Of a stretch of 64,000 bases of DNA, positions 1 through 9,957 are shown piece after piece. The stretch lies in NCBI GenBank assembly GCA_036744835.1, contig DAIOHD010000001.1:951-64950 (forward strand), in the 5' to 3' direction. The notes beneath the pieces were generated by a model. It searched no databases and had not been told where the DNA came from. It saw only the letters and a list, made by a program, of their open reading frames with translations. Each line of letters starts with the position of its first letter. Within the stretch, counting starts at the first letter, position 1. The DNA is from Candidatus Magasanikiibacteriota bacterium. GTDB lineage: Bacteria > Patescibacteriota > Patescibacteriia > Magasanikbacterales > GWA2-37-8. The position numbers and the translations under genes are program-made.

Positions 1-1085
1 AGGATGGAAAAATAAAAACTTTTGTAGGTTTTCGCAGCCAACACAATAATGTACTCGGACCTTATAAAGGCGGAATTCGTTTTCATCAAAATGTAAGTCG
101 TGAAGAAGTGATGGCGCTTTCTACTTTGATGACCCTGAAATGTGCGGCTAATAATTTACCACTTGGCGGTGGAAAAGGCGGGGTAATAGTGAATCCAAAA
201 GAATTAACTGAGACTGAATTGGAAAACCTCTCTAGAATTTATGCTAAGGCCATAGCGCCTTTTATCGGAGAAGACGTAGATGTTCCGGCTCCAGATGTAA
301 ATACGGATGGGAAAATAATGATGTGGATGCTCGAAGAATATGAAAAAAAGATGAATAAAAAATCGCCAGCCACTTTTACCGGCAAACCAGTTGGGCAAGG
401 TGGTAGCTTGGGTAGAACTGAAGCTACAGGTCGAGGAGGTGTAATGGTAATGCAAAATTTGATTAAACAAACAAACAGTGATTACAAAACTATTGCTATC
501 CAAGGATTTGGAAATGTAGGATATTATTTTTCCAAAATCGCTTTTGAAAAAGGTTTCAAAATAGTAGCAATTTCAGATGTTTTTGGTGGTATTTATAATG
601 AAAATGGTTTGAATCCAGAACAAGTGATGATGACTGTAAAAGAAAAGGGATCAGTAATACATTTTGAAGATGCAAAAAAAATAACCAACGAAGAATTACT
701 AGTTTTGCCAGTTGATATTTTGGTACCAGCGGCTTTGGAAAATGTGATTACCAAAGAAAATGTAGAAAATATTCAAGTGAAAATTATTGTGGAAATGGCC
801 AATGGTCCTATCACTCAAGAAGCTTACGATACGTTGAAAGCAAAAAATATTATTAGTATCCCAGATATTTTAGCCAACGGTGGGGGAGTAATAGTTTCTT
901 ATTTTGAATGGCTTCAAAATAGAGAAAATTCTGCTTGGACCGAAGATCAAGTAAATGAAAAATTAGAAATTCAATTGGCCGGAGCTTTTGAAGAAATTTG
1001 GAATATTAGTAAAAAATTAAATTTAGATTTAAAACAATCATCTTTTGTCTCAGCCTTGGCAAAAATTGCAGGGAAAAAGGTTTAA
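1..1085 (+). CDS. gdh: NAD(P)-dependent glutamate dehydrogenase (Glu/Leu/Phe/Val dehydrogenase family), 5'-truncated by the window edge
   Basis: The frame is open from nt 3 and translates to ...GPYKGGIRFH..., the catalytic Lys/Gly-rich GDH motif. A GGGKGG box and the Rossmann segment QGFGNVGYYF follow downstream. Stop at 1085. Confidence 0.85.
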   Translation, partial: DGKIKTFVGFRSQHNNVLGPYKGGIRFHQNVSREEVMALSTLMTLKCAANNLPLGGGKGGVIVNPKELTETELENLSRIYAKAIAPFIGEDVDVPAPDVNTDGKIMMWMLEEYEKKMNKKSPATFTGKPVGQGGSLGRTEATGRGGVMVMQNLIKQTNSDYKTIAIQGFGNVGYYFSKIAFEKGFKIVAISDVFGGIYNENGLNPEQVMMTVKEKGSVIHFEDAKKITNEELLVLPVDILVPAALENVITKENVENIQVKIIVEMANGPITQEAYDTLKAKNIISIPDILANGGGVIVSYFEWLQNRENSAWTEDQVNEKLEIQLAGAFEEIWNISKKLNLDLKQSSFVSALAKIAGKKV

Positions 1086-1110
1086 AAATACAAGTATAAA
1101 TAATTAAAAA

Positions 1111-1141
1111 ACCAGCCCATTTAAAACGGACTGGTTTTTTA
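1111..1141. terminator. Hairpin plus T-run between the convergent gdh and recA genes; probably a bidirectional intrinsic terminator
   Basis: accagcc...ggactggt stem followed by tttttt. It reads as hairpin plus U-run on both strands. Confidence 0.45.
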
Positions 1142-1153
1142 ATTTATATTTTA

Positions 1154-2212
1154 TTATTCAATAGCTGGTACTTCTTCATCGTCTTCTATTTCGGCTATAT
1201 CACCACGTTCTACAGCTGATAAAACTTCTTTGCGAATAGCAGTGATTAATTTTGGATTTTCTCTGAGATATTTTTTTGCATTTTCACGCCCAACTCCCAA
1301 TTTTTCTTCACCAAAAGCATAGCTATTTCCTTTTTTAGCAATTACTTTATAAAGTACACCGGTATCAAGTACATCTCCGGAAACGGAAATACCTTCGTTG
1401 TACATAATATCAAATTCACAAGTAGTGAATGGAGCGGCAACTTTATTTTTTACTAATTTTGCTTTTACACGGTTACCAAGAATTTTATCACCTTGTTTGA
1501 TTTGAGCACTACGACGAACTTCGATACGAACAGAAGAATAAAATTTGAGAGCTAAACCACCAGTGGTTGTTTCAGGGTTACCAAAAAATACACCAATTTT
1601 ATTTCTGATTTGGTTGATGAAAATAACCATTGTTTTACTTTTGCTAACTATACCGGTCAATTTTCTAAGTGCTTGAGACATGAGACGAGCTTGTAAACCC
1701 ATATGTGAATCTCCCATCTCCCCTTCAATTTCGGCTTTTGGTACCAAAGCAGCAACAGAATCTATTACTATTACATCTACAGCATTTGATCGCACTAAAG
1801 TTTCTACGATTTCAAGGGCTTGTTCTCCGGTATCAGGCTGGGAAATTAGTAATTCATCAACACGAACACCAATTTTACGAGCATAATCAGGATCTAAAGC
1901 GTGCTCAGCATCAACAAAAGCAGCAATGCCTCCAAGTTTTTGTACCTCAGCGACGATGTGCTGAGCTAGTGTGGTTTTACCAGAAGCTTCCGGTCCGTAT
2001 ATCTCAATAATTCTGCCACGTGGCACACCTCCAACACCAAGAGCAATATCAAGAGACAAACATCCTGTGGAAACAGCGTCCACTTCCATTTTTTTTGCTT
2101 CGCCGAATTTCATAATTGCACCATCGCCATATTTTGTTTTAATTTGATCAATGGCGCTTTCAGCCGCCTTGAGTTTATTTTTTACCTCCTCGGAAATTTG
2201 CGCTTTTGGCAT
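1154..2212 (-). CDS. recA: Recombinase RecA
   Basis: 352 aa. Walker [10 protein letters not shown], the L1/L2 loop regions, and a RecA-typical acidic C-terminus. Confidence 0.95.
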   Translation of the reverse strand: MPKAQISEEVKNKLKAAESAIDQIKTKYGDGAIMKFGEAKKMEVDAVSTGCLSLDIALGVGGVPRGRIIEIYGPEASGKTTLAQHIVAEVQKLGGIAAFVDAEHALDPDYARKIGVRVDELLISQPDTGEQALEIVETLVRSNAVDVIVIDSVAALVPKAEIEGEMGDSHMGLQARLMSQALRKLTGIVSKSKTMVIFINQIRNKIGVFFGNPETTTGGLALKFYSSVRIEVRRSAQIKQGDKILGNRVKAKLVKNKVAAPFTTCEFDIMYNEGISVSGDVLDTGVLYKVIAKKGNSYAFGEEKLGVGRENAKKYLRENPKLITAIRKEVLSAVERGDIAEIEDDEEVPAIE

Positions 2213-2245
2213 AATTTTTTCTTTTTAATTAGTTTAATTAGTTTT

Positions 2246-2917
2246 TTAAAAAATATTTTTTGTTATGACATGTCGAATAATAGTTGTAGTCTTTCCGTGT
2301 TTTTTAGTAGCGGAAATTACTATTGTATTTAAACCTTCAGAAAGATCAACCAAAGATTCGAACTGTCCTTTTTCGTTAAGCATTATTTCCTTACCATTTA
2401 CGGTTACACGCGATTCTTTTTCTGCCTCTCCTTGTATTAAAACATTCAAAGAATTTACAGTTTGTCCTTCAATTGGACTTAAAACAATTAATTTTGGTGG
2501 ATTTAACACACCTCTTATTTGAAAACCAGCATAAGTAAAAAAAACAAGAATAATAATTAAAGCAAATAGGTTTCTTAAAAATATAGTTATGCTAGTTAAT
2601 TGGTATTTTTTATAAGTAATCGCCGGGTCAATAAAATGAAGTTTTTCATGGCGAGTTTCTTCTTTGAATTTATTTAAAAATTCTTCGCAGTTTAATTCTA
2701 AAATTTGACAATATTCTTTGATATAGGCTTGGCGGTGAGCTTTTGTTTTTGGTAATAAATTATAATTTCCTTGTTCAAGAGCGATTAAATATTTTTTTTC
2801 TATATGTGTTGCTTTTGAAATTTCTTCCAAACTCAATTCTCGTTCTTCCCTGGCTTTTTTAAATTGTAAACCTAAATATTGAGGGGAATTTAGTTTTTTT
2901 CGACAAAAAATGGCCAT
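2246..2917 (-). CDS. RodZ-like cytoskeleton/HTH membrane protein (N-terminal XRE-type HTH, one TM segment, C-terminal beta domain)
   Basis: N-terminal LSLEEISKATHIEKKYLIALEQG helix-turn-helix, a central hydrophobic span, and a C-terminal DUF4115-like region. Sits beside ftsK. Confidence 0.5.
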   Translation of the reverse strand: MAIFCRKKLNSPQYLGLQFKKAREERELSLEEISKATHIEKKYLIALEQGNYNLLPKTKAHRQAYIKEYCQILELNCEEFLNKFKEETRHEKLHFIDPAITYKKYQLTSITIFLRNLFALIIILVFFTYAGFQIRGVLNPPKLIVLSPIEGQTVNSLNVLIQGEAEKESRVTVNGKEIMLNEKGQFESLVDLSEGLNTIVISATKKHGKTTTIIRHVITKNIF

Positions 2918-2927
2918 AACAATATTC

Positions 2928-5561
2928 TTAAAAAATACTTACATAATCGTTCTTATCTTTTTTAGAAGAAGATTTTTTTTCCTTTTTAATTTCTTCTTCT
3001 TTTTCTTCTTCTTTTTCCTCCTCCTCTTCTATAATTATAGGAACTTCTATTTCCTCTTTAATTTCGTCTTGTTCTTCTATAATATTTTCTTCTATTTTTT
3101 CCATTTCTTCATTTGGAGATTGATTAATGTTTTCTTCAATTATTTCTTCTAATGTTGTATTTTCGATATTAGAATTTTGTTCGGTGGGAGATCCTATCTT
3201 TTCTTTTTCTTCCTCAATTATTTCTTCCAGAGTTTTTTCTTCTTGTTCCTCTTTTTCCGTCTCTTCTTCATCATGATTTTTTTCTAAAGATTCATAGGGT
3301 TTCGGTGGAGTAAAAAAAGTTCCGCCAATTCCCATGCGTTGTTCAGATAAAGACATTTCTGGTTCTGGGTCAGGCATTAGATGGTCGGTAAAAACTTCTC
3401 TGGGTTTAGCTCCGTCAGCGGGACCAACTATTCCGGCCTCTTCCATTTCATCTAACAATCTTGCGGCTCGAGCATAGCCGACTTTTAGTCGACGTTGTAA
3501 TAAAGAGGCACTGGCTTTTCCTGATTCTACAACAATTGATCGGGCTTCATTAAATAAATCATCGCGATCATTGTTATTGCTGCCAAACAAAGAAGACGTG
3601 CCGCCAATAGTTCCGGCTTTTGCTACAATACTTTCATCATATTCAGGAGGGGTATCTGTTTTAATATAACTAATGACTCTTTTCATTTCTTCTTCAGAAA
3701 CAAAGGCACCTTGAATACGTAAAGGTTTTGAAAGATCAGCGGTTAAAAAAAGCATATCACCGCGACCAAGTAATTTTTCTGCACCAGGACAATCTAAAAT
3801 AGTGCGAGAGTCTATAGAAGAGGCCACAGAAAAAGCGATACGTGCCGGTATGTTTGCTTTCATTAATCCGGTAATCACATCAACCGACGGTCTTTGTGTT
3901 GCTACAACTAAGTGAATGCCGACCGCGCGAGCCATTTGAGCAATACGAATAATACCAGCTTCTACTTCAGAGGCAGCCATAGCCATTAAGTCGGCAAGTT
4001 CATCAATAACAAAAACTATATAAGGCATTTTTTCAGTATGAGTTTGATTGTAAGAAGTAATGTCGCGATTTCCAGCAGCAGCAAGAGCATCAAAACGTCT
4101 TTCCATTTCGCCAATAGTCCATTTTAGTGCGGCAACGGTTTTAGCGGGATCGGTTATTACCGGAGTTAATAGATGAGGAATGCCATTGTACATGGTAAGT
4201 TCAACGCGTTTAGGATCGATCATGATGAAACGTAAAGTTTCCGGAGAATTTTGATAAAGCAGGCTTAAAATTAAAGTATTTACACAAACTGTTTTTCCGG
4301 ATCCGGTAGTACCTGCAATAAGCAAGTGAGGCATTTTCGGTAAATCAGCAAACCAAACTTTTCCACCAACGTCTTTTCCTAAAGAAAACATCATGCTGTG
4401 CTTGCGATTTTTATATTCCGGACTTTCCAGACTTTCTCTTAGTGAAACCATAGCCACTTTTTGATTTGGGACCTCGATACCAACAAGCGCTTTGCCAGGA
4501 ATAGGTGCCTCGATTCTTATTGGGTGAGCTGCTAAAGCAAGTGACAAATCATTACTAAGAGTGGTAATACGAGTTAGTTTAATACCCTTAGCTGGTTTTA
4601 GAGAGTATTGAGTAATAGTTGGTCCGACGCGAACTTCTCCCATTTCCACCTCAATACCAAAATTAAAAAATGTATCTTTTATAATTTCAGCATTACTTTT
4701 GATGTCACCGGAAGTTGGCTTACTTTTGTTTTGATAAAGCAATTCTATTTTTGGTAATTTATAAATAGTCCCTGGTTTGCTAATAATAATTTCCGGTTTT
4801 GTTTCTTGTTCTTTTTTAATTTCCTCTTTTTCTTCTCCGGTTGGAACTTGTTTTCTTTCAAAAAATCTTTTTTCTTGATTTTTCATTTCCTCTACCGCTT
4901 CTTCAAAACTTTTATCTTCACTTTCTTCTTCATCATCGTTTTCTTCGTTGGAATATTTAGTATGGTCACCTTTTATTTTAAATTTAAGTTGTTGTTGAGT
5001 TGTTTTAGGAAAAAAAGGTTTTGTTAATAAAGATAATAACCAACTAAAAATTTTACGACTTATCAAAGCAAGATCAGTTAGGGTGGTTTCTAAAATAAAA
5101 ATTAGAGACACAATAAGAATTGCCAATAATACTATAACTCCGCCCCAATAACCAATATAAGAACTAATAAGCCACGCTAACCAAAAACCAAATAATCCAC
5201 CTCCATATCCTTGCATAGCGTATTCAAGCATTTGTTCAGGAGCAGTTTGTAAATGAACAAAAGAATTTATAGCCAACAATAATAAAATTGCTCCTAGTAT
5301 TTTTGGTAATTTCATTCCTTCTTCGAAATTTCTTGCCAGCATAATACCAATAAAAACCAAAATTAAAGGGAAAAGATATTTAACATGACCAAAACCTATA
5401 GATAAAAGAGAATCTAAAAAATTTCCAACCACTCCGGCCATATTAAAAAAACTTAAAACTGAAAGTGCGCTCAAGACAAATAAAAACAAAGCCAACAAAC
5501 CGCGGCCGATTTCCGGATTAAAATCAAATTCCTCTTGAGGTCTGATACGTCTTTTTCCCAT
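2928..5561 (-). CDS. ftsK: DNA translocase FtsK/SpoIIIE (4 TM N-terminus, motor domain, gamma winged helix) with an unusual roughly 200-aa Glu-rich C-terminal extension
   Basis: Walker A GTTGSGKT and a gamma-domain segment LLQRRLKVGYARAARLLDEMEEAGIVGP. A long EEEEKEEEK tail follows the gamma domain. Confidence 0.9.
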   Translation of the reverse strand: MGKRRIRPQEEFDFNPEIGRGLLALFLFVLSALSVLSFFNMAGVVGNFLDSLLSIGFGHVKYLFPLILVFIGIMLARNFEEGMKLPKILGAILLLLAINSFVHLQTAPEQMLEYAMQGYGGGLFGFWLAWLISSYIGYWGGVIVLLAILIVSLIFILETTLTDLALISRKIFSWLLSLLTKPFFPKTTQQQLKFKIKGDHTKYSNEENDDEEESEDKSFEEAVEEMKNQEKRFFERKQVPTGEEKEEIKKEQETKPEIIISKPGTIYKLPKIELLYQNKSKPTSGDIKSNAEIIKDTFFNFGIEVEMGEVRVGPTITQYSLKPAKGIKLTRITTLSNDLSLALAAHPIRIEAPIPGKALVGIEVPNQKVAMVSLRESLESPEYKNRKHSMMFSLGKDVGGKVWFADLPKMPHLLIAGTTGSGKTVCVNTLILSLLYQNSPETLRFIMIDPKRVELTMYNGIPHLLTPVITDPAKTVAALKWTIGEMERRFDALAAAGNRDITSYNQTHTEKMPYIVFVIDELADLMAMAASEVEAGIIRIAQMARAVGIHLVVATQRPSVDVITGLMKANIPARIAFSVASSIDSRTILDCPGAEKLLGRGDMLFLTADLSKPLRIQGAFVSEEEMKRVISYIKTDTPPEYDESIVAKAGTIGGTSSLFGSNNNDRDDLFNEARSIVVESGKASASLLQRRLKVGYARAARLLDEMEEAGIVGPADGAKPREVFTDHLMPDPEPEMSLSEQRMGIGGTFFTPPKPYESLEKNHDEEETEKEEQEEKTLEEIIEEEKEKIGSPTEQNSNIENTTLEEIIEENINQSPNEEMEKIEENIIEEQDEIKEEIEVPIIIEEEEEKEEEKEEEIKKEKKSSSKKDKNDYVSIF

Positions 5562-5656
5562 AAAATTATGATAGTATTATATCATATTAAAACTATTGAT
5601 AAAAGGGGATAAACATAAAATAATTTATTAAAGTTTACAATTTTTTTAAGAAATTT

Positions 5657-5857
5657 AAAAACCACCTATTTTGGGTGGTTTTTTTGTCCACACTAAGCTG
5701 CGAGATGAGATGCATGTTTTAACTTGCGGGTCATTGCTTTAAAACGTCCCTAGAACAAAATATTAAAATAGATGTTGTAGGGAGGAGAGAATTTGCTTTA
5801 AAGTATTAGATCCGGTTGAGACATCAGCTCGTCCGCAGCTTAGTAAAGACAAAATTT
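5657..5857 (-). ncRNA. Candidate structured small RNA (unclassified; possibly 6S-like) between ftsK and rpoB
   Basis: On the minus strand there is a consensus promoter (TTGACA-17-TAAAAT, 5865-5893), a 10-nt perfect closing inverted repeat ctaagctgcg/cgcagcttag bracketing about 140 nt with internal hairpins, and a hairpin plus U-run at 5657-5686. No ORF of 60 aa or more. Confidence 0.45.
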
Positions 5858-5864
5858 AATGCAT

Positions 5865-5893
5865 ATTTTAAAGTTACTTGAAAAAGGTGTCAA
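5865..5893 (-). promoter_or_regulatory. Sigma70-type promoter for the minus-strand sRNA candidate
   Basis: Minus strand reads TTGACA (5893-5888), a 17-nt spacer, then TAAAAT (5870-5865). Confidence 0.45.
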
Positions 5894-6225
5894 TCTAAGC
5901 TGGGGATAAAATATATTTTTAGCTAAAATAAGCCAATATTTTTAATAGACTAAAAAAGTATGAATTTTAGGCTAAAATATACTAAATTTATATAAATATA
6001 TGATTTTTTTGCTAATATTAGACAAAATAATCAAAAAAAATCCCAATTTTATACCCCCATTTAACCCATAGCAAAGATTTTTTTGGAGCCATAGCTTGCA
6101 GGGCATAGTCTCGACTTTTCGTCGGGACGTATCCCTGTGGATAAACTGTGCACGAACATCTTTTTTTGTATAGAATAAGGCAAAATTATCTTATTCTTGA
6201 CAAATTTATAAAACCTTGTTTTTGC

Positions 6226-6254
6226 TTGACAAAAACTAAAAAAGAATATATAAT
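6226..6254 (+). promoter_or_regulatory. Consensus sigma70 promoter upstream of rpoB (TTGACA-17-TATAAT)
   Basis: ttgaca at 6226-6231, 17-nt spacer aaaactaaaaaagaata, tataat at 6249-6254. Leaves an approximately 240-nt leader before the rpoB ATG. Confidence 0.5.
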
Positions 6255-6283
6255 TAGTCCATCAAGTTATCATCTTATTCTTT

Positions 6284-6303
6284 TTGGCTAATATTAGCCA
6301 AAA
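6284..6303. promoter_or_regulatory. 20-bp perfect palindrome TTTGGCTAATATTAGCCAAA in the rpoB leader; a degenerate second copy (TTGCTAATATTAGACAA) lies at about 6003-6019
   Basis: Perfect dyad symmetry, present twice about 285 bp apart. Candidate operator for a dimeric regulator. Confidence 0.35.
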
Positions 6304-6498
6304 TAGCGTGGCTAAATTTATCTTTTTAATTTAAGCTGCGCGCAAGGTAAAAAATTATTTCATGTTAGCCTTGCTTTTTGCTAAAAAATAAGAAAAAAAA
6401 TAGAAACCCAAGAGAAAAGGGCTATTTTTTGTTGTCTAAAAAGGAAATTTTATAAAATAATAATTTAAAAATAAAAATTTTAATAAAAAAATATCTGT

Positions 6499-9400
6499 AT
6501 GCCTATCTATAAAAAAAATTATCAGATAAATCCTGAAAGAAAGTATTTCACTTTAAGTAGAGATGCAGCGCCATTTCCGGATTTAATAGAAGTGCAGAAG
6601 AACTCTTATGATTGGTTTTTAAAATTTGGGGTTAAAGAACTTTTCGAAGAAGTTTCTCCGATTACTGATTTTTCTGATCGTAATTTAGAGCTTTATTTTG
6701 AAGATTATTATTTAGACGAACCAAAATTTGATGAAATGACTTGTCGTGACAGAGATATGACTTTTGAAGCCCCTCTTCGCGTTCAGGTTCGTTTATCAAA
6801 TAAAGCCACTGGACAAAATAAGGTGCAAGAAATTTATTTAGGTGATTTTCCTATAATGACCAATCGGGGTACTTTTGTAGTTAATGGTATTGAAAGAGTA
6901 GTTGTTTCTCAACTTATTAGAAGTGCCGGTGTTTATTTTTCCGCTGACAATATTCGTGGTCGTAAATACTATGGGGCTAAAATTATTCCAAATCGCGGAG
7001 CTTGGCTGGAAATTGAAACTGATCAAAATAATGTTTTGTGGGTAAAAATAGATCGTAAGAGAAAAGTAGCGGTGACTTCTTTGTTGCGTGCTTTTGGCTA
7101 TGAAACAGACGAACAAATTTTGGAAATTTTTAAAGATGTTAATATTCATCCGACCATTAATTTTGTTGAAAATACTTTGAAAAAAGATTTAGCTAAAAAT
7201 ATGGATGAGGGTTTGATTGAAGTTTATAAAAAAATTCGTCCAGGTGATTTAGCTACTGCTGATAACGCCAAAAGTTTGATTCATGCAATGTTTTTTAATT
7301 TCGATCGTTATGACTTGAGTCCGGTTGGTGTTTATAAATTTGATACTAAATTTGATTTAAATTTAAATTACGAAGATTACGGTAAAAAAGAAAATAGAGT
7401 TTTTTCTGCAGAAAAATTAGCTTTGGTTATTAAAGAAGTCATTCGTTTAAATGTTACTCAAGACGAAGCTGATGATATTGATCATCTTGGCAATCGTCGT
7501 ATTCGTGCAGTTGGCGAATTAGTACAAAATAGATTACGTGTAGGTTTGGCTCGTATGGAACGCATTATTCGTGATCGCATGAGTACCTATGAAGCTGATC
7601 AATTAACTCCAAATAAATTAGTCAATGCTCGTCCGGTAATTTCCGCAGTAAAAGAGTTTTTCATGAGTTCTCAGTTATCTCAATTCATGGATCAAACCAA
7701 CGTATTGTCGGAATTGGAACATAAGCGTCGTTTGTCGGCTCTTGGCCCAGGCGGTTTATCGCGTGATCGAGCCGGTTTTGAAGTTCGTGATGTTCATAAT
7801 ACTCACTATGGACGTATTTGTCCTATTGCCACTCCAGAAGGTCCAAATATTGGTTTGGTTAATCATCTCTCATGTTTTGCTAGAGTAAATGAATTTGGAT
7901 TTATTGAAACACCTTATCGTAAGGTTTTAAAAGAGGTAGTAAACGATCCAACTTTAACTGAAGGAGAAGTTTTACGTGAAGATACTGAAGGAGTTAAAGC
8001 AGGGACAAAAATTACCAAAGAAATTGCTGCCAAACTTGCTAAAAGCAAAACCAAAACCATTTTTGTAATGCCACGGGTAACTAATGAAATAGTTTTACTC
8101 AACTCTTTCAAAGAAGAAAAAGCTGTTACAGCTCCAGCCACAACCAAGGTTGATGAAAACGGCTATTTTACTGATTCTCTTGTATCAGCCAGAGTTTATG
8201 GAAAACCACAAGTTACTGAAGCTAATAATATTGATTATATTGATGTTTCCTCTACTCAAATTATTTCTGTTGCCACAGCATGTATTCCGTTTTTGGAGCA
8301 TGACGATGCTACTCGCGCTTTGATGGGTACAAACATGCAACGTCAAGCTGTACCTTGTATCAAGCCTGAACCGCCACTAGTTGGTTCTGGAGTGGAAAAA
8401 GAAGCGGCAAAGAATTCCGGTTATATAATTTATACACAAGAAGATGGAGAAATTACCGAAGTTTCCGGTAATAAAATAGAATTAACTACTAAAAAGGGCG
8501 AAAAAATAAGTTATCCTTTACGTAAATTTGAAAGATCAAATAGTGCTACTTGTATTAATCAACATCCGATAGTTACTGTTGGTGAAAAAATTAAAAAAGG
8601 GCAACCTCTTACCGATGGTCCATGTATTAGCGAAAACGAACTTTCTTTAGGTCAAAATGTTTTGGTTGCTTATATGGCTTGGGATGGTTATAACTACGAA
8701 GATGCGGTTATAATTTCTGATCGTTTGGTTAAAAAAGATCGTTATACCTCCATTCACATCGAAGATTATTTAGTAGATGTGCGAGAAACCAAGCTTGGAC
8801 CGGAAGTAGTAACAGCTGATATTCCAAATGTTTCTGAAGAAAAATTAAAAAATTTAGACAGCGAAGGAATTGTGAGAATTGGTGCCAAAGTAAGATCTGG
8901 TGATATTTTGGTTGGTAAAATTACACCAAAAGGTGAAACCGAGTTATCTGCCGAAGAAAGATTATTAAGAGCCATTTTTGGTGAAAAAGCTCGCGATGTT
9001 CGAGATTCATCTCTTTATTTAGAGCATGGTGAACATGGTAAAGTGATTGATATAAAAATTTTCTCTGCAGAAAATGGAGATAAACTTGAGCCCGGTGTTA
9101 TCAAAAGAGTGCGTGTTCGAGTGGCTGATATGCGTAAAATTCAAATTGGTGACAAAATGTCCGGTCGTCATGGTAATAAGGGTGTTATTTCAAGAGTTAT
9201 TCCGGCCGAAGATATGCCATTTTTGCAAGACGGTACACCAGTAGATATTATTTTATCCCCACTCGGTGTTATTTCTCGTATGAATTTAGGGCAAATTTTA
9301 GAAAATCATCTTGGTTTGGCTGCCAATGCTTTAGGAATTAAAGTTGCCACTCCTTCGTTTAATGGAATTACCGAAGAACAAATTCAACAAATGTTGAAAG

Positions 9401-9945
9401 AAGGTGGTTTTGAGGTCGGAGGTCAATCTATTTTATATGATGGTCGTACCGGAGAAGCTTTTGATCATAAAGTTACCGTTGGTTATAACTACATGTTGAA
9501 ATTAAATCACATGGTGCAAGATAAGATTCACCAAAGATCCATAGGTCCTTATAGTTTGATCACTCAACAACCTCTTGGTGGTCGTGCTCAATCAGGCGGT
9601 CAAAGATTTGGTGAAATGGAAGTTTGGGCTTTGGAAGCTTATGGTGCAGCTCACATGTTGCAAGAAATTTTAACTATTAAATCTGATGATGTACCTGGTC
9701 GCAGCAAAGCTTATGAAGCCATTATAAAAGGAGAAGAAATTAAAGCAGTTAATACACCGGAATCATTTAATGTTTTGGTACGTGAATTAAAAGGTTTAGG
9801 CTTAGATGTTGAACTTTTAAAAAATAAAGACGGGCAATTTGTGAAGGTCGAAGAAACGTCTATCTTTAATCCTCCTGCCAACGTGGCTAAAGAGGAAAAT
9901 CCCGAAGGTGTGATTGATACGACTGTTAAAGAAGAAGAAAAATAA
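6499..9945 (+). CDS. rpoB: DNA-directed RNA polymerase subunit beta
   Basis: 1148 aa with conserved RpoB blocks, e.g. GDKMSGRHGNKGV and RFGEMEVWALEAYGA. Confidence 0.97.
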   Translation: MPIYKKNYQINPERKYFTLSRDAAPFPDLIEVQKNSYDWFLKFGVKELFEEVSPITDFSDRNLELYFEDYYLDEPKFDEMTCRDRDMTFEAPLRVQVRLSNKATGQNKVQEIYLGDFPIMTNRGTFVVNGIERVVVSQLIRSAGVYFSADNIRGRKYYGAKIIPNRGAWLEIETDQNNVLWVKIDRKRKVAVTSLLRAFGYETDEQILEIFKDVNIHPTINFVENTLKKDLAKNMDEGLIEVYKKIRPGDLATADNAKSLIHAMFFNFDRYDLSPVGVYKFDTKFDLNLNYEDYGKKENRVFSAEKLALVIKEVIRLNVTQDEADDIDHLGNRRIRAVGELVQNRLRVGLARMERIIRDRMSTYEADQLTPNKLVNARPVISAVKEFFMSSQLSQFMDQTNVLSELEHKRRLSALGPGGLSRDRAGFEVRDVHNTHYGRICPIATPEGPNIGLVNHLSCFARVNEFGFIETPYRKVLKEVVNDPTLTEGEVLREDTEGVKAGTKITKEIAAKLAKSKTKTIFVMPRVTNEIVLLNSFKEEKAVTAPATTKVDENGYFTDSLVSARVYGKPQVTEANNIDYIDVSSTQIISVATACIPFLEHDDATRALMGTNMQRQAVPCIKPEPPLVGSGVEKEAAKNSGYIIYTQEDGEITEVSGNKIELTTKKGEKISYPLRKFERSNSATCINQHPIVTVGEKIKKGQPLTDGPCISENELSLGQNVLVAYMAWDGYNYEDAVIISDRLVKKDRYTSIHIEDYLVDVRETKLGPEVVTADIPNVSEEKLKNLDSEGIVRIGAKVRSGDILVGKITPKGETELSAEERLLRAIFGEKARDVRDSSLYLEHGEHGKVIDIKIFSAENGDKLEPGVIKRVRVRVADMRKIQIGDKMSGRHGNKGVISRVIPAEDMPFLQDGTPVDIILSPLGVISRMNLGQILENHLGLAANALGIKVATPSFNGITEEQIQQMLKEGGFEVGGQSILYDGRTGEAFDHKVTVGYNYMLKLNHMVQDKIHQRSIGPYSLITQQPLGGRAQSGGQRFGEMEVWALEAYGAAHMLQEILTIKSDDVPGRSKAYEAIIKGEEIKAVNTPESFNVLVRELKGLGLDVELLKNKDGQFVKVEETSIFNPPANVAKEENPEGVIDTTVKEEEK

Positions 9946-9957
9946 ATAAAATAATTT

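Noticed and set aside
2910-3152. 80-aa poly-Phe plus-strand ORF
   Set aside because: It is the antisense of the GAA/GAG-rich acidic tail of ftsK, a low-complexity artefact.
6134-6142. Perfect DnaA boxes (TGTGGATAA at 6134-6142; TTATCCACA at 63366-63374) suggesting oriC
   Set aside because: Only two isolated 9-mers in 64 kb of AT-rich DNA, about what chance predicts. There is no cluster, no dnaA/dnaN nearby, and no AT-rich DNA-unwinding element arrangement.
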